Source: Octopus sinensis
Taxonomy: Eukaryota
DNA length: 64,000 bases
Assembly (NCBI RefSeq): GCF_006345805.1
Contig: NC_043012.1
Location: forward strand, 51,956,001 to 52,020,000
Direction of reading: 5' to 3'
Under the pieces are notes generated by a model. It saw only the letters and a list, made by a program, of their open reading frames with translations, was not told the origin of the DNA and searched no databases. The position numbers and the translations under genes were made by a program. Below are positions 40,493 through 54,171 of the stretch, one piece after another. Each line of letters opens with the position of its first letter. Position 1 is the first letter of the stretch.

Positions 40493-41616
40493 TAGAATGG
40501 TGATAGTATAGTGGCTTTCAGTCCCCATTAACATAAGCGAAGATTACAATCGGAATACATTTTCTTCAAATATGTTAAGTTTCATCGTATATACCTTGCG
40601 CAGGTCTGTGAATGTGTGTGGCTGCGCGTAGGCTCATGAAATAGAAGAAGAGATAAAGTAGTCCTATCCATGTTAGATTGCTATGCGAATTGTGTGAACG
40701 AAATTAAATTAGCAATATGTACATATATTTGCTTTATGTACTATTTGTTTGACTGTGTGTGCAGGAAGTAGAATATTTCATAGATGGGGTATTATACATA
40801 TGTAGGTGTGTTACAGTGAGAAAAAGAGAAAAAGAGAGAGAAAGATTGCAATACAGGACGGATATTACGATGTCGTTGATTTCACCACTGAAAGAAGTGC
40901 GTAGGTAATGCGATAGTGTGATGTGATCTTAAAATAATGTGTGGGTTACTGTTAATTTTCGGTGAAGGTGAACATTAGAGTAGACTCATTCCAGATCTGT
41001 GGGCTGTGTAAAGTCAGAAAATTAACTGCTTTTTTCTCGACGCAAGCGAGAGGCAGAAGACTGATAGTGTAAAACAAGTCTGCAGATCTGAAATTGGGTT
41101 TTAGCAGATTGAATAAAATGAGGAGTTTCGTGTTTTACACCTAAAAAGGTAAAATCTTCTAACATCTGCTAATGTCCAACTGCTATTTCCTACACACAGC
41201 CAGTGTATAGGCTGAAAAGCCAGTATTTTATGTTGTATATACTGTAGTTCCCATGTAGTCATTGCAGGTATGTGCGAAAGGGTAAGCAATAAGATTGTGT
41301 GCTGCAAAGAACAAGAGTAAGTGTTACGGCAAGAATTGGAGGAAAAAGTCCCTGATGTGTATGTGGAAGTTACAAAAAATTATAAACCACAGCCATGTGC
41401 AATGCGATGGTGAATAAATAAAAGAAGATGCGAAGTCTTTCAACGAAGTTGGGAACGAGGCACGATCAAATTCGACGCGAAAAATGTACTTTTGCATCAA
41501 TCACACTAAGAAAGAAATTCTTAAATTGCACAATATAAGTACGCACATACGTAAATATTTGTTGCATGCATACACTAACTCACACATATGCACCTACGTA
41601 CATGCACTCACATATG

Positions 41617-41684
<68 letters not shown>

Positions 41685-41701
41685 ATATATGTATATGTGT
41701 G

Positions 41702-42067
41702 GAGGCGCAATGGCCCAGTGGTTAGGGCAGCGGACTCGCGGTTTCGATTCCCAGACCGGGTGTTGTGAGTGTTTATTGAGCGAAAACACCTAAAAGATCC
41801 ACAAGTCTCCGGCAGGGATGATGGTGATCCCTGCTGTACTCTTTCACCACAACTTTCTCTCGCTCTTACTTCCTGTTTCTGTTGTACCTGTATTTCAAAG
41901 GGCCGGCCTTGTCACTCTCTGTGTCACGCTGAATATCCCCGAGAACTACGTTAAGGGTACACGTGTCTGTGGAGTGCTCAGCCACTTACACGTTAATTTC
42001 ACGAGCAGGCTGTTCCGTTGATCGGATCAACCGGAACCCTCGTCGTTGTAAACGACGGAGTGCTTCC
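41702..42067 (+). mobile_element. tRNA-derived SINE group C, full length
   Basis: A box tggcccagtgg 41711-41721, B box ggtttcgattccc 41740-41752. Confidence 0.9.
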
Positions 42068-42313
42068 ATCCATGTATATATGTGTATATGTATGTAAGTT
42101 TGTACATTTGTGTATTTGTATTGCACCACTGTCGTTTTGAGCATATGCTTGTCAGAACGTTTGTTTTTATGTTTGCTGTTTCCTTCATATGAACGCATAC
42201 ATTCTGCTTTTAAAAATCAGATATGCTTCACTATTCTATTCTACCATTTGTCTGTCCATATACACATATGCACGCGTGGGCGTGTATGTACTCGTATGTG
42301 TGTATGTGTGTGC

Positions 42314-42371
<58 letters not shown>

Positions 42372-42711
42372 TCCTGCATATATGTATATATATACATACA
42401 TGCACGCATAAATACTCATGTACATGAACAAATTTACACATGCAAGACTCATTCATACATGGACATGTCTCAGACTGAGTGAGTGAAGACGATTGGCAAA
42501 CCTATTCAGTGTATATATTACACCTTATATATCTGCGCAGACACGCATACATGTGTGTATTGACGTATAATATTCATGCATATTATGTAGATACGCAGAC
42601 ATGCGTGCGCAGGTGTCTATGTATGTACTTTACAATGAGCCTTTGTATATATATACATGTCTATAACTATGAGTGAGTATATATCTGTGAGTTCTTATAT
42701 GTGGGTGATTA

Positions 42712-42752
<41 letters not shown>

Positions 42753-43294
42753 CGTACACAGACACATACATTTCTCACAGAAATGTGTGTTTCTGTTAAA
42801 ATATTTTGTGTATTCCACTTCTTAATTTTGTCTAGGTATTTTTACACTTTATCTATTTTGAGATAGACAAGAGGAGGGGGAGAAGATGATACGCTCATTT
42901 TTCCCTTCATTTTATTCTCTATAGGTTCGATAGTGTTTTTATATATTTCTTTATATCTTGGCTGTAACAGATTTGATTATGTTTCCAAGTTTTCTAAGAC
43001 CATGCTGTAAAACTCACAGTCTTTTCCTTTGGTCTGTTCACATTCCCTTTGTTGCTCATTCTTTTCATGTATTTTCTTTTGAAAAAGTTGCGATTTGTTG
43101 CAGACACTGCAACAAAAACGATCAGACAGCCGCGATAGGGGGAGCTGTCGTAAAATCACTGAACCAACAACACCCATGTAATAAGGCACCGCAATCATCT
43201 ACCAGTTCGAGATTCCATTGTTGAAGTGTCCAACACGTATATACAAAAAGAATGTTCATTTTTGCTATTTCCTTTTCTGTTTTATCACGTAAAC

Positions 43295-43328
<34 letters not shown>

Positions 43329-44039
43329 GTGTGTGTGTGTGTGCTTATGTGTATTTTTGTATGCATATGTATATGTATGTAGATCTGTATATGCATGTAT
43401 TCATTCCAGTCCTCCCTACCTAGTTTAATATCATTCTTTATTTGTCATCCTTTGCTTGTTGTCTTTTGTATTTTCGCATTTCTTTCTCTTCTCCATTTCC
43501 TCTCATCTCTTCATTCTTCCTTTACCGATCCTTTATACCATCGTTACTCTATTACTTTTCCTACACATTTTTGCTATCTCTGCTCAACACTTTTTGTCTG
43601 TCTATCTAGCAATCAACTCCGAAAATCTCTTTCGAGTTGTTCATCTGGCTTTCACTCCCTCTCTCTCGCTCTCCATGTCTGTCTTTCTGTAGACACACAT
43701 ACGCAGGCGCAAAGACATACACACATATATATGTATAGATACATACTGACATATCAATATATAAATGTGTGTGCGCGTGCAATAGCCTGTCGTGTTCGAT
43801 GTCCGTTTTTCACTTTAACAGTCGTCAGCTCATGCATGTCGACAATGTTCAATGCATTTTGCACCGAAGTGTTGTTTTATTATGTTTATTATATGTGAGT
43901 TCTAACTCTGTTACGCTTCACACTGTCCACAGTGCAATTGTTTTTGTTCCAGCACACGATCTCAGATCAGATCACTTGCTATGCAAGTACATCTTCATAA
44001 TATATATATATATATATATATATAGCAAAAGAGGAAAAA

Positions 44040-44155
44040 ATATAGGAAAATGTGTTGTTGAAACTCATTTGGTATTTATGTAAATAAATGTATTTTTTAA
44101 ACATTTATGAGCATTTGAAATTTAAGTGCATCTTCAACAACACATTTTCCTATAT
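44040..44155. repeat. 116-bp mini element with perfect 23-bp terminal inverted repeats
   Basis: atataggaaaatgtgttgttgaa (44040-44062) and ttcaacaacacattttcctatat (44133-44155). Confidence 0.75.
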
Positions 44156-44240
44156 ATACATATATATTTATATATATACGCAGCAAGCGACTTACTAAAA
44201 CTAGCAGTTATATGTTGTGGAAAATTTTAATTATCTAATA

Positions 44241-44620
44241 TGTGTGGTAAGAAGCTTGCTTCCTAATCACATGATTCCAGATTCGATCCCAATGTGTGAC
44301 ACCTTGAGCAAGTGTTTTCTATAACAGCCTCGGGCCGGCCAAAACCTTCTAAATGGATTTGGTTGACGGAAACGGAAAAAAAGAGCGTCGAGTATATATA
44401 TAAACGCGTGCGTCTATGTGTGAGTGTGTGTGTGTGTGTTTATGTGTTTGCTTGCCTTCCCCCTAGCATCACTTGACAACCGCTGCAGGTGTGTTTATCT
44501 CCACGTAATATAGCGGTGCGGTAAAAGAGTCAGATGGAATAAGTACTCAGATTACAAAGAATAAGTCTTTGGGTCGATGCTCTAGCATGGCCGCAGTCAA
44601 ATGACTGAAACAAGTGAAAC
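44241..44620 (+). mobile_element. SINE group A, diverged
   Basis: Alignment over head, middle and tail. Confidence 0.85.
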
Positions 44621-44748
44621 GATACTTCAATTATAAATATCACCCCGTGTCCAAATGATGGATAAGCAATATGAGACTATTCCGCTACGTATTTTATGTA
44701 AAATGACATGAGAGAGCAGCATAGTTTACTATATACATATAGTGCCGA

Positions 44749-45145
44749 AAGGCGGCGAGCTGGCAGAAACGTTAGCACGCCGGGCGAAATACTTTGTGGT
44801 ATTTCATCCGCCGCTGGGTTCTGAGTTCAAATTTCGCCGAGGTAGACTTTGCGTTTCATCCTTTCGGGGACGATAAATTAAATACCAGTTACTCACTGGG
44901 GTCGATATAATCGACTTAATCCGTTTGTCTGTCTTCTTTGTCTTCTCTGTGTTTAGCCCATTGTGGGTAGTAAAGAAATAGGTATTTCGTCTGTCGCTAC
45001 GGTCTGAGTTCAAATTTCGCCGAGGTCGACTTTGCCTTTCATCTTTTCGGGGTCGATTAAATAAGAACCAGTTACGCAGTGGGGTCGACGTAATCGACTT
45101 AATCCGTTTGTCTGTCCTTGTTTAGTCCCTTGTGGGCAATAAAGC
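44749..45145 (+). mobile_element. SINE group B with two internal units
   Basis: Repeat of gtatttcgtctg...gttcaaatttcgccgagg at ~44800 and ~44982. Confidence 0.9.
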
Positions 45146-45499
45146 AATAACGAATTTTTCTCATGTGGAATCTTGATTTTTCGAAACAGGTGAATTTCAG
45201 ATGATAATTTGTAATTACGCACATTATGTATTAAAACAGGGCGCTAGTATGAAAAGCATCTTAGATCAATCATGACCTTAATCTGAATAATACATATATA
45301 TATATATATATAATATATATAGATACATATATATATTGCCGACGACGTTTGAAAACAATATGTACCCTCGTCCAAATTACTGGGGACAAGACGAAAATAT
45401 GAAATCTTAGCGAAATATTTGAAACCCGTTTTTTTCTGAATCCATTTTTAACTGACTGACACCCGTCGTCAAGCGTAACTGTGTATTTAAAAATCTTGC

Positions 45500-45826
45500 C
45501 ACTGAACCACATTGCTCTGGGCTCAGTCCTACTGCGCACCAACTTGTGCAAGTGTCTTCTGCTAAAGCGTTGTGCTGACCAAAGCCTTCTGTGTAAATTT
45601 GGTAAACGGAAACTGAAAGAAACCCGTTCTGTATATGTATATATGCGTGTGTGCGTGAGCGTGCAAGTGTGTTTTTGTTTGTGTGTGCATGTGTGTGCGT
45701 GCCTGAGTGGATGTGCGTGTGTGCGTATGTGTGTCTGATGTGTGTTTGCGTCGATTTATTCGGCTAAAATGTTTCTAAGGCGGTTGGCCAGCATGGCCGC
45801 AGTCTGACAACTGAAACAAGTAAACG
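45500..45826 (+). mobile_element. SINE group A, diverged
   Basis: ggaaactgaaagaaacccg middle and gcatggccgcagtctgacaactgaaacaagtaaa tail. Confidence 0.8.
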
Positions 45827-45899
45827 AGGGAAAAAGATAATAAATCTATACACACGCGCGTACAAACACACATGCACAAACACACGTTATGTATGTATG

Positions 45900-45933
<34 letters not shown>

Positions 45934-46642
45934 TGTATGTATGTATGTATGTATGTATGTATGTATTCGTGTGCGTGACATAGTGAGTGGGAGAAGGAGA
46001 GAGATAGATGTGTGTATGTGCGAGCGAGATGGGAGGTGGTCGGATTGTGATAGTTCTTATCATAGACTTACGACTGCAGTATTGTAAAATAATGCATTGA
46101 TGGATTTTATACATGGGTTCGTATCTTTTATGGCGCACATTCATCTCATCAGGAAGCTTAATATTTGTTTGTTGTTTTCCATCGTAGAAGCCACTGGAAG
46201 GGCATAAAACTAATATTCATTTTCATATGAAGTGTCTATTCAAAATTAATCAATTACAACAGCGCTTTCATCCTCGCTCAGAATTTGTCGAAATCTTTTT
46301 TGTTCCACTACTAAAATCTACGAAATTTAATTGACTGCTGCTGATCCTGTTTACAGGATCAGTGAGCTGTGCCAGCAAATGTTAATTATTGAACAGAGTT
46401 TGATTGGATTCTTCTTTCTGTCATGCAGCCCTAAGCTGACATTGATCTGTCAAACTTATGATTAAAGGCAGTAGAGATACTGAATGTTTCTTTAATTCTT
46501 TTTAAATATTCAGTGAATTCTAAACTACATTCTATTTACGGCCCTATCATCTCCCATACATCTTCAGCTGGTTGTATAACTCATAATGATTGCAGCTTAG
46601 CTGAAATATATAGGTTCTAATATGAATGTTGCGAGTGACATA

Positions 46643-47452
46643 AGACGGCAGCTTCGACTTCGCCTTTCATCCTTTCGGTATCGATACAATAAGTTTAAGG
46701 CGCCGAGCTGGCAGAAACGTTAGCATGCCGGGTGAAATACGTAGCCGTATTTGGTCTGCCGCTACGTTCTCAGTTCAAATTCCGCCGTGGTCGACTTTGC
46801 CTTTCTTCCTTTCGGGGTCGATTAAACAAGAACCAGTTACGCACTGAGGTTGATATAATCGACTTAATCCGTTTGTCTGTCATTCTTTGTCCTCTCTGTG
46901 TTTAGCCCCTTGTGGATAGTAAAGAAATGAGTATTTCGTCTGCCGTTACGTTCTGAGTTCAAATTCCGCCGAGGTCGACTTTGCCTTTCATCCTTTCGGG
47001 GTCGATTAAACAAGAACCAGTTACGCACTGAGGTTGATATAATCGACTTAATCCGTTTGTCTATCCTTCTTTGTCCTCTCTGTGTTTAGCCCTTTGTGGG
47101 TAGTAAAGAAATGAGTATTTCGTCTGCCGTTACGTTCTGAGTTCAAATTCCGCCGAGTTCGACTGTGCCTTTCATCCTTTCGGTATCGATAAAATAAGTG
47201 TAAGGCGGCGAGCTGGCAGAAACGTTAGCATGTCGGGCGAAATGCTTAGCGGTATTTCGTCTGCCGCTACGTTCTGAGTTCAAATTCCGCCGAGGTCGAC
47301 TTTGCCTTTCATTCTTTCGGCGTTGATTAAGTAAGTACTAGTTACGCACTGGGGTCGATATAATCGACTTAATCCGTTTGTTTGTCCTTGTTTGTCCTCT
47401 CTGTGTTTAACCCCATTTGGGTAGTAAAGAAATAGGTATCGATAAAATAAGT
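46643..47452 (+). mobile_element. Nested/tandem SINE B array (~810 bp)
   Basis: ~180-bp unit repeated; two heads (46696, 47200); 18-bp direct repeat ggtatcgataaaataagt at 47182-47199 and 47435-47452. Confidence 0.9.
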
Positions 47453-47740
47453 ATCACATGAATATTATGGTACGAAATTACTGGCCTGGTGCCGAAATAT
47501 AAAACCAGTATTGTGAGTGATCTAAGGCGGCAAGCTGGTAGAACACTTAGCATAGCATGCAAAGCAAAATGCATGGTGACATTTCGTCCGTCCCTGCCCT
47601 GTGGTAAGAAGCTTGCTTTGCAACCTTTTGTTGCGGTTTCAGTTCCTCTACGTAGCAAATTGGGAAAGTGTTTTCTACTATAGCCATGTTACGTCTTTTT
47701 TGTGGAGTTGGTATATATACATACATATATATATATATAT

Positions 47741-47772
<32 letters not shown>

Positions 47773-48411
47773 TCCATACATACACACATATATATATATA
47801 TATATATATATCTATAATCCTCAGATGCATAAAATAACAAATATAATTAAATTAAAACAGTGGACACAGAATAATTTTACATAAATCTCACAGATAGGAA
47901 AGAGGAAAGAACATGCTGTCTTCACTTCAGCTAAAACTATATTATGTAGTATGATGTATGTATATATATATATTATATATATATGTATATATATATATAA
48001 TGTCTATATTACATTGATTATATAGATATATATATACAACATCAACTCATATATCTACATACCATACTAATACATATATATATATAACATATATCTACAT
48101 ACATACATACATCATACATACATACATGCATACAATACATACATACATACATACATACATATGATTTTTTAGCTGAGTGAGGACAGTATCTCCTTACCTT
48201 CTTAGAGATTCAGACAATTTTTTCTAATGTGTTTATCTGTTTTAATTTTATCAAATTCTATGTCTTTATGCAGCTGAAGATTGCTCTGCATGTAAACTGA
48301 TGTAATGATCACATTGTTCAATTAAATGAAGTTGCTTGAAACGATCGTACTGCATTACCTCTGGATATCCTTGCTGCTTATTTTGATTACACACACACAC
48401 ACACACCAACC

Positions 48412-48456
<45 letters not shown>

Positions 48457-48984
48457 TTATGTATATATGTATATGTATATATATATATGTATATGTGTAT
48501 ATATATATGTATATATATATTTATGTATATATATATATATGTATTCATATATGTATATATATATATATAAATATGTATGTATATATATATATGTATATAT
48601 ATATGTGTATATATATAAATATGTATGTATATATTACTTTACTTTTACTTACTTTATCCCCGTCTGTCTTGATAGACAATGGGTTGCGCCAAGGGTGGGG
48701 CCTACTTTGTAAAAGTAAAGTAAATATATATATAAATATGTATGTATATATATATGTATATATATATATGTATATCAAACTAAGGTTATAGAACAAACAA
48801 ATGCAAGGTCATCCACATAACATTTCATAACTCGAACATTTAATCATAGAATATACATTCAAACATCACTATATATATATTTATGTGTATAAATTGAGAT
48901 AGGGGTTGTAAATGCAACCCTCCATGGGATAACATATATCCAATATACTGCTAGTGAAGTACCCAACAAAGTTAATACATAAAT

Positions 48985-49690
48985 GTTAATGATTGCGATA
49001 TAAGAAGGTCAATATAGCTCGTAGGATGAGTTCCTGCATCTTAAGAACTTTCCGGTCCAGAGAACAAGGTGTCATCATACCACTTTTCTCCTCCTTTGTA
49101 CGGCCACACCTCGAATTCTGATGCCCACTGTGGTTTCCCCATACAAGACAAAACATCTCGAGGATTGAATCACCCCAGAGGGCACTCACTAAACGAATTG
49201 AAGGCATGGCTGCTCTCGATTATTGGGATCGCCTTAAAGCCTTGGAACTCTACTCCCTCCTGCGTCGCCGTGAGCGGTACATCATTTGTACGTTGTGGAG
49301 AATATACTGCCAACTTTGCCCAAACGACCTGAACATTAGCTTCAAGGTTCATCCAAGACTGGGACCACGGGCCATACGTCCCCTGCCCTATTCCAGATCA
49401 CAGCATACATGTACACTGCAACATAATTTTTTTCCTCAACAGGCCCTGCCCTATTTAACATTGTCCCGAAAGGGATCAAAGAGGAAAAGGATCCCATCAA
49501 CTTTAAACGGAGTCTGGATAGATTCCTTCAAGGAATACCAGATAAGCCACCCATAATTGGATACAACTCACCCAACAAAAACTCACTACTTGAATGGAAC
49601 ATAAACAAAGCTTGACTTAAACAGGATTCAAATAATCCTGTCAAGTGGTGCTATTGAGTTAGATATGGCCTGGACCAATCTTTGGTCGAA
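48985..49690 (+). pseudogene. 3' end of a CR1/L2-type LINE ORF2 plus 3' UTR
   Basis: ILRTFRSREQGVIIPLFSSFVRPHLEF*CPLWFP...IESPQRALTKRIEGMAALDYWDRLKALELYSLLRRRERY...GPALFN..P...FKRSLDRFL. Confidence 0.88.
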
Positions 49691-50333
49691 ACATATGTAA
49701 GTTTATCTAAGTTTATTTATGTTTATATATATATATATTATTATATATATATATATATATATAAATATGTATGTATATATATAAAAGCATATATATATGC
49801 ATGCGTGAGTGTGACTTTGTATAAGGTTGTCCTCCACCACCGCCTGATAACAAGTATCATCAGAGGCGTTGCGTTCAGGTATGAAAACAGTGACGTAGCT
49901 AAATTGTGTATCACGAGGGCAGGCTTTGTGTTGGAAATCCCTCCCCAATTCTCCCAGCTAATTGAGTCTTATGCAGCAGACCCAGAACAGCTTCGCCGAC
50001 AAAAGATCGACCTGACTGGACCGCCCTCCACGCCATCCACCTACTCTATGACGATACAATTATATTTTCAAGCAATATTCTGTATCCAGAAATACCTAAC
50101 AAATACGTTATTCTTTTTTTAAAGTGGCTAGCGTATGGTTTGAGACCCTTTCACTTCCTTCTGCTATCACACTGTAGCTGTTTTCTGGACTGAAATGTCG
50201 ATGATTTTAACTGATGGTTTAATCGAGCAAGAGGGAGAGATATATGATTCGCGGATATCTGAAAAGATCTGCATTCAGTAAACAAACACAAAAACACTCA
50301 GTTGGAGCGAGCGAGCGAGGAGAGAGAGAGAGC

Positions 50334-50365
<32 letters not shown>

Positions 50366-50529
50366 TGAGAGAGAGTGTGTGAAAGAGAGAGAGACATTGG
50401 CCCAAACATTTATGGTAAATAATACAAACTGTAGTGTATTGTACTGAAAGTGAAAAATTTAGAAGCCCAAATATTATTTTATATATGTAAATAAATCGTG
50501 TTGAGTTTCCAACAAAAATAAGAGTAATC

Positions 50530-50732
50530 ATTTGAATTTATTAGAGCTCATACAAAGACACACACACACATGTACGCATGTGTGTGTTGAGTATGTATAC
50601 ATATATAGAGATAGATAGATAAATAGATCGATAGATAGATAGATACATACATACATATATATACATGTATACATATATATACATACACACATATATAGAT
50701 GTATGCATGCATATATATATGAATATGTATAT

Positions 50733-50783
<51 letters not shown>

Positions 50784-50834
50784 TATATATGTATATATAT
50801 ATGTATATATATACACATATATATATATACATAC

Positions 50835-50871
<37 letters not shown>

Positions 50872-50926
50872 GATACATATATATACAAATATATATGTGT
50901 AAACATATGTGTATATATATATATAT

Positions 50927-51022
<96 letters not shown>

Positions 51023-51030
51023 GTATACTC
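50530..51030 (+). repeat. (CA)/(GATA)/(TA) microsatellite block
   Basis: Direct reading. Confidence 0.95.
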
Positions 51031-51313
51031 ATATAGTTATTGACTGATTATAATGGTTTTATGTTTCTCTGCTATAAAATAAGTGGAAAAAATATAAATT
51101 TCGTTGTAAATGACGCTGGCATTATGTACTCACCATATCGCTGTTATGTTTATGCTAAAGACACTTACACTGAAGTATATTTCCTTCGATTAATTATTGC
51201 TGTTATGATGTTAGTTATGATCGTCCAACATATTTATTTTGTTCTTCTATCAATAAAAACTAATTTTTCATATGTGTAGCCGAGACAACGTGCCAATCTC
51301 ATATGTGGAAGTG

Positions 51314-51347
<34 letters not shown>

Positions 51348-51404
51348 CATGTGTATATATATATAGGTGTGTATGTGTGTTTCCTTAGGCATATTTATAT
51401 ATAT

Positions 51405-51480
<76 letters not shown>

Positions 51481-52498
51481 TATGCAAACACACACACACC
51501 TATATATATATACACATATATACATATATATATATATGCACGTAACTCAATATACATAAACTACTTTTGTGCCAGCATAGATATAATGTTTACAATCTCG
51601 AAAATGAGCACATACATATATAATATATAGATATACATATAAATCTGTGGTGGTGAAATCTTGTAGTATGGCAACAAAATTCTTTGGAGGTAAATAACAT
51701 ATTACATGTGCACTATGACCAACTCTATGTAAACATACACCCAGAAATACACAAGTCAACATACAGACACCGAAACACACATATATATATACATACATTC
51801 ACACATATATGTTTGTATTTATTTATTGTTTTACATCAATATCTATGCGTTCTCGTATATGTTTTATTACATGGTCAGGCGGGTAAGTGCGTATGCATGC
51901 ATATTTGCTTCCATGTGCATGATGACTACTTCATGCTCATAAGGAAAGTGTGAAATAAATTCAGTATAAGAAAACTAGCGTTCAACTATATTCTGATTTA
52001 TACGTGATTTGTTGTTTCTGGGGAGGGTGTATGGTATAAATTAACTCACAGCATTAAAGTGTCAGCTAGGTCTAACAAGAACGTCGGTCTGTGTTAGATA
52101 AAGTAGACTGGTATGATATCCATCGAGATGCTTATCTCACCATTGCATATACATATTTGGTCGATGCAGCATGATATACTCATACGCACAAATTTAATCA
52201 ATAAAAACATTCTCCGCAACACGTCACAGGCAAAACATATCCTAATTACCATCCAATCAAACCCCACAAACCTTACAAATTGTCTTATCACTATATAAAG
52301 TCAAGACTATATACAATGCATTTCAGTACGATAATGGTTTAGCCGGCTGCAAATACGTAATCAACCTCAGTACTATTCACCTCTTTGTGAGTGTGCGTGT
52401 GTATGTATTATATTTCATCATGTTGAACCGTTGATCTCTACACATTTTTCGCTCTCCATTTTACTTCATTCTCCCTTCCTTTTTTTCCCCTCTGAACC

Positions 52499-52534
52499 CG
52501 TTCTGTCGAAGAGCGTAGGCTCGAAACGTAAAAG
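52499..52534 (+). ncRNA. Variant or damaged hammerhead motif
   Basis: ctgtcga-a-gagc(gtag)gctc-gaaac-gta-aaag; A6 of the core replaced by U; weak stem I. Confidence 0.3.
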
Positions 52535-52672
52535 ACTTTTCCATTCGTCCCGAGCGTCAAAGTAATATATCAGCTTGCTGTTCCTACTCCTTTGCTCGTC
52601 TTTTGTTTTCTGTAAATTTGAACTACATACACACACACAAACACATGTAAATGTACATATATATATACATAT

Positions 52673-52751
<79 letters not shown>

Positions 52752-52895
52752 CTTTTATTCTTTTATTCTTTTACTTGTTTCAGTCATTTGACTGCGGCCA
52801 TGCTGGAGCACCGCCTTTAGTCTAGCAAATCGACCCTGGGACTTATTCTTTGTAAGCCCAGTACTTATTCTATCGGTCTCTTTTGCCGAACCGCT
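52752..52895 (-). mobile_element. SINE group A 3' fragment
   Basis: Reverse complement of the A-group tail. Confidence 0.9.
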
Positions 52896-53855
52896 ATATT
52901 ATATTAAATTAGAAATAAAACCACTATTAGGCAAATCATACAATGAAAAACTTAAGCCAATACATAAGATTAATTAATTTATATTATTTAAATATATATC
53001 AAAATTATTAAAAAAGATTATATATATGTATGTATGTATATATATATATGCATATATATGTATATACATGTATATATATATATATGTATATATGTGTGTA
53101 TGTATATATATATATATATGTATGTTTTTATGTATGGATCAAAGCAGTTTGATACAAATTCGTTGGTACTCTTGAGTTTCATGCGTGATGCTAGTCAAAT
53201 TCAAATTTCAAATGCCCGAGGACAGGCATCACGCTTGAAACTCAACAGTACAAATGAATTTGAAGCAAACTGAACTGATTCATACACGTAATTCCCAATA
53301 AATAGGTTGAGTAACCTTCTTTTGTTTGTTCACACGTTTACATATATATGTGTGTGTGAGAGAAAGAGTGTGTGTGTGTGTATGTGTGTGTGTATACACA
53401 CACACATACATACTTGCATACTTACATGCACATATCTGTGAGCATGTGTGTGTGATGTATATTTTATCTTGTACTCGTTTCCATTAGATTGCGCCCATGT
53501 AGTCGTTTAGATTGCACCCATGCTGGGGCATATCCTTGAAGAAATGTAGTCGAAAGAATCTACACCAGTACGTATGTTTTAATGCCTGTTATTCTATCTT
53601 TTTTTGCCAAGCGCATCACTTATGGTGACCTAAAAAAACCACCATGCTCAGCCAACTATCTCTATAAGTTTTCAATAGTATTTAGAAGTAGCACTGAAAG
53701 TTATGGTATTCATATACAAATAAGTCCATGTAAACAATGTGATCGTTGAGGAAATGGACATATATGCATATGTCAGGAGCTATTGCTCCTTCTTCAGCAC
53801 CAGATCCATCCCATTAACCTCCCACGTATATATTGCTTAAATACCCACTGTTTAG

Positions 53856-54036
53856 CGGTGTGGCACTATCAGATTAACCAATTTCCATGTGAAATACATT
53901 CCTGACAACTGGTACGTACATATTAATTTCTCGATGGGTAACCGTATTTCGTCTTGGAACCGTAATATACTACCACGTTTTTTGAGGGTTTATAAGTCAA
54001 TAACACGAACCACCATTTTTGACGACACGTGCACAG
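53856..54036 (+). CDS. Candidate 181-nt exon RCGTIRLTNFHVKYIPDNWYVHINFSMGNRISSWNRNILPRFLRVYKSITRTTIFDDTCT
   Basis: Acceptor ctgtttag, donor CAG|gtaaaa, 60 stop-free codons, phase 1 end matching the next candidate. Confidence 0.35.
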
Positions 54037-54137
54037 GTAAAACAATATTGTAAAGTTAACCACACCTGTGCTGTTGTACTGTCTCATTCTTCCGTCACTT
54101 CCTAGCACAAATGCATTTTGTGTGTATATGTATATAC

Positions 54138-54171
<34 letters not shown>

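Noticed and set aside
41200-41268. Strong acceptor and donor pair suggesting an exon
   Set aside because: All three frames contain stops; it could be a UTR exon, but this cannot be supported without transcripts.
41702-41760. tRNA-like heads as tRNA genes
   Set aside because: A and B boxes are present, but they run into SINE bodies and no complete cloverleaf with a 3' acceptor strand is evident.
46341-46362. 10-bp perfect hairpin ctgatcctgt-tt-acaggatcag
   Set aside because: About one such hairpin is expected by chance in a window of this size.
49655-49700. Half hammerhead at the LINE 3' end (gacca-atctt-tggtc-gaaacatatgta)
   Set aside because: Stem II, GAAA and a palindromic stem III are present, but the CUGANGA core and stem I are missing.
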